Shown: positions 13,698 to 26,660, counted from the whole stretch's first letter. The stretch is DNA of 63,188 nt, filler included, from Octopus bimaculoides (GCF_001194135.2; 5 parts of 4 records of this genome joined end to end with filler, not necessarily neighbours in it); one strand, 5' to 3'. Numbers and translations are program-made. The notes: generated by a model from the letters alone, not told the origin.

Positions 13698-14936
13698 ACT
13701 GTCTTAATAATGGACACTGTGACACAATATTGCTGCAGTACTGTGATACAATAGTCTGTAATACAATACTGAGGGTGTTTGCACACGATCTTAGATCAAG
13801 TCACTTGCTATGCAAGTGCATCTCCGTAATAATACGATGATAGGAGAAAATTCTTTCCATAATTATAATACAAACTATAAATTTTAAACTGAATTCAAAC
13901 TTCCTCCCTCAGCTATAGTATGAAACAATAAATAATTACTTCCACCCATTCTGTTAAAAAAAAAAAAGTCAAAAGTCAATAGATCTACAAGATGGAAGGC
14001 ATTAAGATGGGATGAGGGTGGGGGAATTGACGATGTGTGAATGGTGGGAAAAATACTGTATTAACGATAGGAAATTGTCAGGCCTCATTCTGAATCAGGA
14101 ATTATAAATAGAAAGATGATTGTGACCTCTGACTATAAGCAATATTTAGTTGTTTGGTCGGAGACATGATCTGGTAATGATAAAATGATTATGTAGATAT
14201 GCTGTAGATGTAAATATGTTTCAGAGAGTTTGTTCATGAAGTGACATAGATTGTCAAGAGTTGAATTTTATTGCGACACCAAACTATTCCTCTCATATGT
14301 CGAAATGCTTTCCCAATTTTTAATAATGTTGTTTCATCGTGTTTGTAATATGCATCTTCAAAGGATACGAAATGTGCTACTTTATGTGCTTGATTATGTA
14401 TTATAGTTTGTTAGAGAGAGAGATTAGAGACCCAGGCATGATCCATCAAAGATATAATGTAGTGCTTTATCTTTTGTCTCATCTTTGTTTCAGTTATTGG
14501 ACTGTGGTCATGCTGGAGCACCACATTGAATGGTTTAATCGAACAAATCACCTCCACTACTTGAGATACTTTTTAAGTTTGGCATTTATGCTATCGATTA
14601 TTTTTACCGAACCGCTAGTAATGGGAAATTAAGCAAATTAACACTGTCATCCCAACCATACATGCACTTATGCACACAGTCATGCCTGCGCTCGTGCAAG
14701 GTGTTTTATTTTTGTTTGCCTTGTGAGATGTGCGCCGTTTGGATCTCTTTACTATGTCAACTATGCTAGTTCTGAATGTTGAGAAGGTGTGTATAACTCC
14801 ATATTTTTTGATCATCCGTGTGCAAGGTCTACTGGTGTTATTGAGAGTGATGGTTGGAAGTTTTTATATTTCTTTTTACTACCAAGGGAGCAGACGGAGT
14901 TATTTCAGAGCAGCGTTTCTTGGTATTGATGTCAAA

Positions 14937-15128
14937 GTTTGGCACAAGGCCACCAATTTCGGGGCTAGGGCTAAATCGATTAGATCGACCCCCAGTGCTC
15001 ATCTAGTTAACTGTTTTATCGACCTAAAGGATAAAAAGCAAAGTCGATCCCGGTGGTATTTTAACCGAGAACATAAAGACGGGTGAAATGCTGCTCCGAA
15101 TTTTGCCCGGCGTGCTAACGATTCTGCC
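14937..15128 (-). mobile_element. SINE family A copy
   Basis: GGCACAAGGCC tail through CCCGGCGTGCTAACGATTCTGCC head in reverse. Confidence 0.8.
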
Positions 15129-16438
15129 TTCTTGCTACCCTGTGTTTCTAGGTATTGAAGTGATGCTTGATTAATTTCACGTCGGTATGCAGAGTAGATA
15201 ATCTGTGATATAGACACATGGTCCACAAATTTAAGAGGAAGGGGTTAATGGATAGTATCAACCTCAGTATTTGACTGCTACTTTATTTTATCGACTTTCG
15301 AAGGGATGAAAGTCAAAGTTGACCTCGGCGAGATTTCACATCAGAACATGATGTGCTGGAAAGAATGCAGCATGGCAATTCCGACACTGGAACGATTCTG
15401 GAATAGTAAGATAATGCAAGTGTGATATCATCTGCATATGATGATGTATGTATGGTGCGAAGTTGTGTAGGACGGTCGTGTAAGTATAGGTAAAAATAAT
15501 AGTCAAGAGTACGGTTCCTTCCGTTGCAAAACAACATATCTGGAATCGTATATTCCTGATATTTTTGTTGTGTTTTATACTACATTGTTTTGGCGATGTG
15601 CCAGGTAGTTCGTTAACTTGGATATTTTCGTTGATTATAAATTTGTCTAACACAATGTATGTTGGAGTTGCATTGTTTATAAAAATAGTGAAAGGTCACA
15701 GTGACCACCCCATAATTTCTTTTACATCAAGTTTCAGTTAAGAGGGTATATATTCAATACAAAAAATGGGAACGGAGCATCTACATGGTCGCTGGCTTTA
15801 CTAGAAATAATAGCGAAACTTTCTTCAAATAGGATCGTATCATCTTTAAAATACGAAGGACATATATATTGTAATTCTAAATGCATTATTACTGAAAATC
15901 AAAAAAAGAAGAGAAAGAAAAAAGAAAAAGAAATGGAAAAGAAACGGAATGGTCGAAGCTGGTATATTTTTCATCGCACCTGGGGAAGGTGACTTAATAA
16001 CAGAACTAATATAAACAAACATTTCTAAGCTTCCAGTTCCTGTGTAAGTAGGCCTAAACACTGTATCACTCTCGGCTACCACAATCTGCAATCGTTGAAC
16101 TGTTTCCTTGTTTTATGTTTTCTTGAAGGTGTTTTATGTAGATAGGTATCGTGTTGAATTATAGACGGCTGTGTAGCAACTCTTTCAACTTTTAATGCAT
16201 TTTACTGGATTGTTTGTGATTTAGGCTTCAATTCATTCAACACGAAATGCCATTTGAAACTTCAAAAGAATTCCTCTCATTTTACTTTGTAAATTAATGC
16301 TCCAAGAATTGCAAAACATATTGCTCCCCTAGTTGAAAATTTCATTGGAAAATTTCATTTTCCTGTTTCTATACATCTTTCTATTTCGCTTATTACTTTC
16401 TGTCTCTTCGGTCTTTTTCGCATTCCATTACTTTATAC

Positions 16439-16440
<2 letters not shown>

Positions 16441-16469
<29 letters not shown>

Positions 16470-16532
16470 GCTGGGTGGGGTGTATGTATGTATATATATC
16501 TCTCTCACACATCATCTCTCTCTCTCTCTTTC

Positions 16533-16577
<45 letters not shown>

Positions 16578-16592
16578 TCCTATGTATGTATG

Positions 16593-16626
<34 letters not shown>

Positions 16627-16664
16627 TGTATGTATGTATGTATGTATCTATCTATCTATCTATC

Positions 16665-16695
<31 letters not shown>

Positions 16696-16770
16696 ATATA
16701 TATATATATCACTTTCTCTCTCTATATGTGTGTGCTCGCGGCGCGTGTGCGTGTGTGCGTGTGTATATAA
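16441..16770. repeat. Compound microsatellite (TG, CT, ATCT, ATGT, TA)
   Basis: Directly visible. Confidence 0.95.
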
Positions 16771-18606
16771 TCAGCGTACACAGATCTGTACAGTATGTAA
16801 TTGCGTGTTTGTTTGTATCTAAGTTTATCTCTGTTTGTGTTTATATACTTGTATGTGAATAACATGTAAACATGAAAGAACCTTCGTCATAACTTTGTTT
16901 TAACATATTCGCTTCCTCGAAGAACGAGACGGACCAGACATGATCGAATACCCTCAGACGAATTTCCTACAAATGGATATCAGTTGATTTAATATTTGCA
17001 GTAATAAACAACTAAGTGTTTTTCAATAAATAGTATAATCGAAAACTAAAATGGCACTACATGTAGCTTTCAAGATTCCCTTTTAATGAGGAAACGTCTG
17101 ATGCAGTTTACTTTCAAAGAATGATAACTCTAAACAGAAACAAACTTAAAGAGTTGAAACCGAAGTAGAATTATCAAGATAATTATTCCGCTAGGCCAAT
17201 TTTCAACCCTTTACAGCAGTATACATTTCTATTCTACAGCTATCCTACTCATTATGCTGCTACTAACAAACAACCCACGCAGTTAAATCTCAACGCTATG
17301 GATTGGAATAAGCTGGATAAGAATTACAATTGTTACAGTTCACTCGAATAACATGTTGCCTGCTTCTTCTGAGGCAGTTACCACATTTAGAAATTCGGCA
17401 ACAGCTACAACGATGTTGTCAATGACGATGAGGACAACAGCACCGACGACTCAAACCGTAACCCTATGCTTTCATATTTTTTTTTGTGAGTGCTAGGATT
17501 CATAAGGGCGATTATTTGGTTTCCATAGCATATAAGCGACCGAGATCACAGCATTAATGTGAACCGGATGGCAGTCCTTTGGATGCGTCAAAGCCATCAT
17601 TTTTTAGAAGCTACAAGTCGATTATTTCGATTCCAGTTCTTGACTGATGCTTTGTTTTATCAAGTCTCGAAGGGGTGAAAGGCAAAGTTGACCTTGATGG
17701 GTTTTGAACTCAGAAAAAAAAAAAAAAATCGGAACAAATGAAATGCAAATCCTTAATCTTCTATCTCTTGCTAATCTAAACTTTCCAAACTTAAACATTA
17801 TACACTAATCTGTTCATGTGAGGTGGTGCTTACGATTCCCTAAATGTATCCTCCCTACCAATGTATATTAACAAACGAAGTTTCCAGTTACTTTCGATTA
17901 AAGTTTCACGTCTCTTGTTAAGGTTATCTCTTGGGATTTTCTGTAGAAATTATAGCCAGCCCTAAGTTTGTTACAACGTTTCGTATCCGAGACATCTAAT
18001 GTAAACAGTGGGATTGAAGATTAAAAATGGATAATGGGTGCATATGCCATATTTCACGAGCGTTTGCTCTTTCATCAACACCCATCCATAAAAACGTTTA
18101 ATATACTTTGTATATATTAAGCTTGCATGACGAAATACGGTGTCTCTACAAGTTATTAATTTTCACTTCTCTGTATATTTTCTTTTCTTTTCTTTCGTTA
18201 AGCGCTCCTCGACTTTATCCATCATACCAAACTTATTCGACTATCACTCGACATGAGTCGATGACGCCTATCTTAATTCGCCTGCACTAAGAATCGTCTT
18301 CAGTGAATCTACTATTTACAATAATTTTTAGGTCTCATTTTCCAATGTGCACTAATACTTGAGTGCATTTGTATTCACGTATGTTCACCTATACACACGT
18401 GCAATTGAACGTGTATGTCTGTGTGTAATGGATATTTGTGTGTGTGCGTTGAATTAGGCGTAGGCATAGCTGTATGATTAAGGAGCCCGGTTTACAACTA
18501 TGTAGTTTCATGTTCAGTTCCACTGCAGCACCTAGGACAAGAGTCTTCAACTGGGACGACCAATGCCTTGTAAGTGTATCTGGTTGGCGAAAACTTTGTG
18601 TGTGTG

Positions 18607-18637
<31 letters not shown>

Positions 18638-18689
18638 ATGTGTGTGTGTGTGTGTGTGTATGTGTGTGTGTGTGTGTGTTTGTACTCCA

Positions 18690-18870
18690 TCACCGCTTGA
18701 CAACCGATGTTAATCTGTTCACGTCCCACAAAATTACACTTTTGGCAAAAGAAACCGATAGAATAAGTGACAAACTTTAAACATAAATACTAGGGTCTAT
18801 TTCTTCGACTAAACACTTCAAAGCGACGCTCCAATGCGGCTGCAGTTGAATGAACGATATAGGTAAAAGA
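18690..18870 (+). mobile_element. SINE-like family E copy
   Basis: GCTTGACAACCGATGTT...GGCAAAAGAAACCGATAGAATAAG...GTAAAAGA; opposite orientation to the 2627 copy. Confidence 0.7.
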
Positions 18871-18894
18871 TAGAATAAACGTGTGCGTGTGTAT

Positions 18895-19197
18895 ATTATT
18901 TACATTTGACGGATATTTGTCCTTCAGCCTTCATCAGGTGTCTTGAGGAAATTTCGAACCTGGCTTCTCATTCCTAATATATTTTTCGATGTTATTATTA
19001 TTATTATTATTTAGGTCACTGCTTGGAATCGAACTCGGAATCTTGGGGTTAGAAGCCCGCCCTCTTAACCACTACGCCATATGCCCATGGAGGATATATC
19101 AGCCGAAACGTTGTGTTAACAACAAAGAAGATGAGGACAAATATCCATCAAATGTAAATAATGTACATAATTCCTCATCTCATAAATATAGAACTGT
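18895..19197 (-). mobile_element. Composite element: tRNA-like head + (TAA)n + Penelope-type tail with split hammerhead halves in inverted arrangement
   Basis: Minus strand 19085..19013 has A box TGGCGTAGTGG and B box GAGTTCGATTC; minus 18942..18925 reads GACAC-CTGATGA-A-GGCTG; plus 19100..19117 reads CAGCC-GAAAC-GTT-GTGTT; inverted repeat 18895..18923 / 19134..19162 matches 28/29. Confidence 0.6.
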
Positions 19198-19751
19198 GCG
19201 TGTGTATGCGTTTATACATACATGGACATCATACGCATTGGTGTATGTACGAGTGTACATGCGTGTATTTGCTATTTTATCGTTGTATCGCGTGTTTTGT
19301 TCTTTTAATTGGCTACAATAAACATGTTGAACAGCCAATTAGCTGCAGATATTTTATTAAATTACTAGACCTTTACAAATACAGTGTAACGAATAAATTA
19401 AATACAACACCTATAAAAATACATTGCTAATTCTATATTAATTCTAGTTAATATACAATAAAATATCTTCTCGACCATCACACTAAACATGTATGGTATA
19501 CATACATACATTCACAAATTCACATTTATACCAACAATAATTGGTACATTTGTTTTTGTGACATTCTGGATAGGTTGGTGTTATACAACACTTCTCAAGT
19601 TCAAAATGGGAATTTGTTTTTATTTTTCATCTTCTACTTGTTTCAATCATAGGCTGGCACTTATTCTATTTTCCTTCTTTGCCGAACCGCTAAGTTATGG
19701 AGATGTAAACATACAAGCTGTGGTGGGGGATAAACACACACACACACACAC

Positions 19752-19782
<31 letters not shown>

Positions 19783-19826
19783 NNNNNNNNNNNNNNNNNN
19801 NNNNNNNNNNNNNNNNNNNNNNNNNN

Positions 19827-19838
19827 TTAATTAATTAA
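19827..19838. other. Assembly linker TTAATTAATTAA in a 100-nt gap
   Basis: 44 N + TTAATTAATTAA + 44 N, an identical pattern four times in the window. Confidence 0.95.
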
Positions 19839-20500
19839 NNNNNNNNNNNNNNNNNNNNNNNNNNNNNNNNNNNNNNNNNNNNCAAACGTATAAAAAGAAA
19901 ATTCATACATAAACTTGATCGGTTCGCGTTTTAGCCACTGCCGGGTTGTGTGTTTAATTTGTTCACTGAACACCGCCGCGAATTCCCCCTTGTTTTTCGA
20001 CCCCCCCCCCATAAATCACAAAATAAAGGGGGGAAATCTGCCCTATTTTTCAAATCCCGGCAGCAACACTGCAGCTGGAAGCAGGGTAGTAATCTAATTC
20101 TACACTTTATCACATTCAAGAATATAAATACGTTTTTAAGCACAACACGCGCGAAGTCAAAAAGAAACATTACATTTCATCAGCAGACCAGGGTCGGCAC
20201 TGCGTGAATGACAGTGCTCTCTCTCTCTCTCTCCCTAGTGTGAAGCTTCCTATCTCGGACATGTAAGCATGCACACAACAGCCAAACACCGCGTCGCTGG
20301 AATCGTGAAGTGCACAGCTCTATACAAGGACTTTAGTATTTTTTTCATAAACTAGGGGAAGGCTACTGACATTAATCTTAAGGATTATATAATGTACAAG
20401 TATAAAGAAAGAATTAAAGCAAAAAAGGATGCATTATATTGAATGTTATCGATAATATCGAGTGGAGATACACGAGCCGCCACTGGTCCTTTGTAGTGAA

Positions 20501-20517
20501 AAGGTTGAGGACCACTG
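20501..20517. mobile_element. Isolated hAT/Charlie-like terminal inverted repeat
   Basis: AAGGTTGAGGACCACTG, reverse complement CAGTGGTCCTCAACCTT, similar to the TIRs at 54641 and 57289; no partner end found. Confidence 0.45.
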
Positions 20518-21274
20518 AGATAATGCATGATTATATAAACATTGGGTTAAAATAGGGATCGCTTGGAGGCACAAGGCCCGAAGTTTCAAGTGGAGGGCAC
20601 AAGACGATTACATCGATCTCGGCGCTCAACTTGTACTTATTTTATCGACCTCGAAAGGATGAAAACGCATTGATCAGTCCAGGGCTACACTTGTCCAAGG
20701 TGCTGCACTGTGGAACTGAACACGAAACCACTTGGTTNNNNNNNNNNNNNNNNNNNNNNNNNNNNNNNNNNNNNNNNNNNNNNNNNNNNNNNNNNNNNNN
20801 NNNNNNNNNNNNNNNNNNNNNNNNNNNNNNNNNNNNNNNNNNNNNNNNNNNNNNNNNNNNNNNNNNNNNNNNNNNNNNNNNNNNNNNNNNNNNNNNNNNN
20901 NNNNNNNNNNNNNNNNNNNNNNNNNNNNNNNNNNNNNNNNNNNNNNNNNNNNNNNNNNNNNNNNNNNNNNNNNNNNNNNNNNNNNNNNNNNNNNNNNNNN
21001 NNNNNNNNNNNNNNNNNNNNNNNNNNNNNNNNNNNNNNNNNNNNNNNNNNNNNNNNNNNNNNNNNNNNNNNNNNNNNNNNNNNNNNNNNNNNNNNNNNNN
21101 NNNNNNNNNNNATATCTATAGATTTTAGCCGTAACAATGAAAGACAGTTAGTCGTAGGGAAAATAAAAAGGAAGAAAATCAACCCGGCTGGTTTCATTCC
21201 TGTGTTGGGACATCATCGACAACTGAGTACGCTCGTTAACTGTGCAAAGAGATAACAGCTTTATAAACATATTT

Positions 21275-21317
<43 letters not shown>

Positions 21318-21714
21318 CAGTAGTAGTAGTAGTAGTAGTAGCTAGTGTCGTGCTGCCGAAGATTTATATGTTTCGATCCGCGTCGGTCAATTTCGTGTCA
21401 GATAAGCAATCGTTTTTTTTACATAACTTTTACAAATTCCGGTCGGGTGGAGATGTCGCGTCACAGAGCGTGAAAATAGATTTTCTATAATAATCTGCTC
21501 CACTAAAACACCGACACTTCGTAAATGGGACACGGTGGGGGGAGAGCGGGATGGGTAGAGAGGGGAGGGGACAAGGACGGGTATTACAACACACCTAATA
21601 CACATACGCGCAGCACACACTCACACACATTAATGTGTATGTATGTGTGTGTGAATGTATATACACATACATAGACATACATTCACATATATATATACAA
21701 ATATAAACAAAATT

Positions 21715-21810
21715 CAGGGATCAGCAACAGGTTGCTTCACCACATACCGAAGTTCAGAAATAGCAGCTAAATTGCTGAGACTCCAGCAGATGGCAATTAC
21801 CTGCAACTCA
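21715..21810 (+). repeat. Dispersed ~95-bp repeat, second copy at about 32070..32162
   Basis: GGGATCAGC...TTGCTTCACCACATACCGAAGTTCAGAAATAGCAGCTAAA..GCTGAGACTCCA is near-identical at both places. Confidence 0.85.
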
Positions 21811-22546
21811 CACAGGCAAAACAAGAAGTAAAATAACGAACTAAACTAGCCATAGATAGTGGTGAAGCGACCTGTTNNNNNNNNNNNNNNNNNNNNNNNN
21901 NNNNNNNNNNNNNNNNNNNNNNNNNNNNNNNNNNNNNNNNNNNNNNNNNNNNNNNNNNNNNNNNNNNNNNNNNNNNNNNNNNNNNNNNNNNNNNNNNNNN
22001 NNNNNNNNNNNNNNNNNNNNNNNNNNNNNNNNNNNNNNNNNNNNNNNNNNNNNNNNNNNNNNNNNNNNNNNNNNNNNNNNNNNNNNNNNNNNNNNNNNNN
22101 NNNNNNNNNNNNNNNNNNNNNNNNNNNNNNNNNNNNNNNNNNNNNNNNNNNNNNNNNNNNNNNNNNNNNNNNNNNNNNNNNNNNNNNNNNNNNNNNNNNN
22201 NNNNNNNNNNNNNNNNNNNNNNNNNNNNNNNNNNNNNNNNNNNNNNNNNNNNNNNNNNNNNNNNNNNNNNNNNNNNNNNNNNNNNNNNNNNNNNNNNNNN
22301 NNNNNNNNNNNNNNNNNNNNNNNNNNNNNNNNNNNNNNNNNNNNNNNNNNNNNNNNNNNNNNNNNNNNNNNNNNNNNNNNNNNNNNNNNNNNNNNNNNNN
22401 NNNNNNNNNNNNNNNNNNNNNNNNNNNNNNNNNNNNNNNNNNNNNNNNNNNNNNNNNNNNNNNNNNNNNNNNNNNNNNNNNNNNNNNNNNNNNNNNNNNN
22501 NNNNNNNNNNNNNNNNNNNNNNNNNNNNNNNNNNNNNNNNNNNNNN

Positions 22547-22586
<40 letters not shown>

Positions 22587-22602
22587 TACATATATATACA
22601 AC

Positions 22603-22752
22603 AAGCTTCTTTCAGGTTCCGTTTACCAAATACACCCGCATGGCTTTGTCGGCCCGAGGCTATAGTAGAAGTCACTTGCCCAAGGTGCCACACAGTGGAA
22701 CTGAACCCGAAACCATGTGGTTAGGAAGCAAGCTTCTTATCACACAGCCACT
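22603..22752 (-). mobile_element. tRNA-derived SINE family D copy
   Basis: Reverse complement of the 28338 and 28925 copies. Confidence 0.8.
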
Positions 22753-23984
22753 CATATATGCACACCTTGTGTTTGTTTCACTCATTGGACTTCGGCCATG
22801 CTGGGGCAGCTTGAAGTGTTTTATTGGAGCTGGTCGGCCCAAGCTTTTATTTTTTTAAAGTCTGGTATTTATCTTATCTGACTCTTTTCTTGTAGGGGGC
22901 GGAAACAAACCAACGCCGGTCGTCACGTGTGAGGGTGGGTTGACAGAGACAAGTACAAAGACATGCAAACACACACACATATATACCTATATTCATATAT
23001 ACAACGGGATTCCATACAGTTTCCGACTACCAAATCCCGTATAGTAGAAGACATTCGCCAAAGGTGCCATGCAGTGGGACTGAACCCGGCACCATGTGGT
23101 AGGGAAGCGAGCTTCTTACCGCACAGCCACACCTTCATAAGTGTGTGTGTGAGTAGGTGCGTGTGAGCATGTGTGTTTGCGTGTATGTGTGTGTGTGTGT
23201 CATAACGAGCCACCCATGGCCACCACTAATTACATCTGGTCTAATCTCCACAAAGTGTCATTTATTTAAGATATTTCAAGAGTTCAACAAATAATTAAAA
23301 ATTGAAGTGTTTCCCACGTGTATATATATGTATGTGTACCAGTAATTCAAAGGGGCCAGCCTTGTCACACTCTGTGTCACGCTGAATCTCCCCGAGAACT
23401 ACGTTAAGGGTACACGTGTCTGTGTGATGGAGGTGTATGTATGCATATACATATGTGTATGTGTGTGTCACAACGAAACATGTCCACCGCTAGATACATC
23501 TAGGCTCATTTGCACATAAGTGGACACACTCACACACACACACACACATTTACATATTCGCATGCATACCTACAGTTAAACATGAAGGAAGGCTGTATAC
23601 CATGGGCCTTCAAGGGTTTCTGAAACTAATGGGAAGTGATGAGGAGCGGGGATGTATCCTCAGACTGGAATTCTGGCCCCTATTCACTGCAGCAGGGTGG
23701 ACTTTAGTCTGTTCCCAGGGCTAAGTCAACAACACTTGAAGGCCATGCCGGGATTTGAAAGCAGAACACAAAGAGTCGAAACAGACACCAGAAAGCATCC
23801 GCTTCGGCTTCCTTACAATATCACCAATCCCCGCCACCTTTGACCATTACCGCCTTTATCGACCCCGAAAACATGAAAGGCAAAGTTGACGTGCGCAGGA
23901 ACTGAACTCAGAGCGCAGTGGTTCGCATAAATATTGCGTGGTATACTAACCGACGCTCTAACAACTCTACCAAGTCACAAACCA

Positions 23985-24276
23985 TCTATCTGTCCATCTC
24001 TCTATCTTTCTATCCATCTATCTATCCGTCTATTTTTCTATCTATCTATCTATCCATCTACCTATCTATCCATCTGTCTATCTATCTATTCGTTTATCTC
24101 TCTATCTATTTATCAATCTGTCTATCTGGTTGGCTGGTTTCAGTCGATCTGTCCATCTATCTATCTGTCTATCCATTTATCTATCTATGTATCTATCTAT
24201 CTATCTGTCTGTCTGTCTGTCTGTCTATCTATCCATCTATCTATCTATCTACCTACCTACCTACCTACCTACCTAC

Positions 24277-24316
<40 letters not shown>

Positions 24317-24352
24317 TTATCCATCTATCAATCAATCTATCTATCTATCTAT
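23985..24352. repeat. Degenerate (ATCT)n/(ACCT)n/(GTCT)n array
   Basis: Directly visible. Confidence 0.95.
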
Positions 24353-24583
24353 CCGTCGGTCGGCCTGTCTAGCGATCTCTGTTCCCTTTTTTTCTTTCTC
24401 TTTCTATGTGCGTGCGCGCGCGTTTGTATGAGTTTCTTTTTTATGTCAATACATAAAAACTATTTAACCTTAACCCGCATGATTACGCAATACTTTTTCG
24501 TGGAGTACATATATTTCATAAACTTTATCAAGGGAAACGTTAACAGTGACTTCGAATTTTCAGCTCCTCATATATATTTGTGT

Positions 24584-24636
<53 letters not shown>

Positions 24637-25324
24637 NNNNNNNNNNNNNNNNNNNNNNNNNNNNNNNNNNNNNNNNNNNNNNNNNNNNNNNNNNNNNNNN
24701 NNNNNNNNNNNNNNNNNNNNNNNNNNNNNNNNNNNNNNNNNNNNNNNNNNNNNNNNNNNNNNNNNNNNNNNNNNNNNNNNNNNNNNNNNNNNNNNNNNNN
24801 NNNNNNNNNNNNNNNNNNNNNNNNNNNNNNNNNNNNNNNNNNNNNNNNNNNNNNNNNNNNNNNNNNNNNNNNNNNNNNNNNNNNNNNNNNNNNNNNNNNN
24901 NNNNNNNNNNNNNNNNNNNNNNNNNNNNNNNNNNNNNNNNNNNNNNNNNNNNNNNNNNNNNNNNNNNNNNNNNNNNNNNNNNNNNNNNNNNNNNNNNNNN
25001 NNNNATCTCGTATGTATGTGTGTGTATGCATGTGTGTATGTATGTCTGTATGTATGTATGTGTGTGTGTAGTTAAGTCCATGTCCGGTCAAAGAGTGACC
25101 AATGAACACAGACTTACCTTCGTAGAAAGACATTACTACTCTGTTTCAGAGTATGTTTCGGATATAAGATACATTGACGCGATATATACATATATATATT
25201 ATATATATGTGTATATATATGATAGGTAGACAGAGAGTTGTTGATAGCAATATATGTGAAGGTTAACAACGGGAAGGAAAGAAAAGAAGGAAAGGAAGGA
25301 AGGAGGGAAGAAGAGGAGACTTAC

Positions 25325-26077
25325 CAGTTCGGATCGGACCCAGGCAAGAGCCGATTCTATCCTTTCCTTCCGCTGTTGCCATTTCTCGCCCTCCTTATTT
25401 CCCGGCTGGAACCGGAGCACCGGTGATGTCTTAATGGTCGCACTGTCTATAATGTCCGGCAGACTGACCGATCGACATGTTGCTATTGGGGTGAGTTTCA
25501 GATTCGCGATCGAATCCCCCGTGCCCAACGTCGACTTTGTAAACACGTTGCTGATGGTTTTTTTAACTTCATTAAAATCTGCTGCCTTGTTTGTTGTTGT
25601 TGTAGTAGTGTTGGTTGTAGTAGTAGTGTTAATAGCAGCAGCAGCAGCAGCAGCAGTAGTTGTTGTAGTAGTTGTAGCAGTTGTTTTTGTTGTGAATGAT
25701 GATTTTGATGATGCTGATGATGATGATGCGGATGATGTTGATAAGGATAATAATGTTATTGCTGTTGTTGTTGTTTCTGCTGCTGCTGCTGCTGCTGTTG
25801 TTGTTGTTGTGGGAGTAGAAGAGGGTTTGAACATCCTTCGCATAAAGGGAATCCGTGGGTTGCGCTCCGTGATTCGTTTTCGGTGTTGTACAGGCTGGTG
25901 GTAGTGGTTGTGCTGCTGTTGTTGTGCTTTCTGCTGCTGTTGTGGTTGTTGTTGTGGTTGCTGCTGCTCATTATTATTATTACAGTGTTGTTGCTGTTGG
26001 TGGTGGTTGTGGTGGCTACTGTCCCCATCGTCGCCTGGTTTACTCAAACCGACCGCCAACGTTACGTCTTCGCCCAT
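25325..26077 (-). CDS. FAM167: First coding exon (251 codons) of a probable FAM167/AARD-family protein with long Q/H/T/A/S low-complexity N-terminus
   Basis: Stop-free frame; first ATG at 26077 in strong context (agcATGG), in-frame TGA at 26239..26237; unique segments RSVSLPDIIDS, TSPVLRFQPG and KWQQRKERIESALAWVRSEL; donor CTG|GTAAGT (phase 0) at 25325/25324. RIESALAWVRSEL resembles FAM167A SIDEAIAWLRKEL from memory; family-level call only, about 0.6 sure. Confidence 0.8.
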
Positions 26078-26660
26078 GCTTCTGCGAAAAGTCCCGATCC
26101 TAACTGAAGCACAGGAGCAAACCGCCGCCGCTGCTGTAGTACTGGTTGTAGTAGTTCCAGTGGTGCAAGGCCTGCTGTTGATGGTGATGGTGATGGTGGT
26201 GGTGGTGGTGGTGGTAGTAATAATAGGTTTGACCACTCACCTCTCTCGCTACACTCTCGCCACAACAACAACATGCGTTTGAGCCAAGTGCTTCTCCACA
26301 AAACACTGAGAGGAGCAAGCGAGACGGTAGCAGCAAGGGTAGTAGTGTCAGGGTTACCGCTGCTGCTGCTGCTTGTAGTAGTAGTAGTGATAGTACTACA
26401 ATACAGGTAGTAGCAGACTAGCTTTCTTTTACCCCCTCCTCTCTGTCTCTCTCTCTCTCTCTCTTTCTGTTACAGTTTCTTTCTCCCTTGTCTTTCTCTT
26501 TCTCTCTATAACTTTTTCGCTCTCATTCGCGTCGCGTATACACACACACACACACACACACACGCCCTATTGAGAAACTGCATTCATTCATTAGGCGGAG
26601 GAGGAGTGCACACACGCATACGTGTGAGCTCGCGCGTGTATGTGTGTGTATTTGTGTTTG
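26078..26660 (-). promoter_or_regulatory. Probable 5'UTR/promoter region of the FAM167-like gene
   Basis: CpG- and GC-enriched non-SINE DNA directly upstream of the ATG; start site not determinable. Confidence 0.3.

Noticed and set aside
12470-16970. QEMRFK (about 12510) and EIRLRVFDH (about 16966) as FAM167 exon 2
   Set aside because: The first lacks an in-phase AG and stops after 12 codons; the second has no QDxxLAxQL-like coiled-coil pattern.
26078-26236. GTG start giving the 345-aa ORF in the track
   Set aside because: A non-ATG start is unnecessary given the strong-context ATG at 26077, and the ORF tail past 25325 is intron read-through.
25434-26336. Overlapping ORFs in other frames and on the plus strand of the FAM167-like exon
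   Set aside because: Shadow frames of trinucleotide repeats (poly-V/C/L); no unique motifs or splice support.
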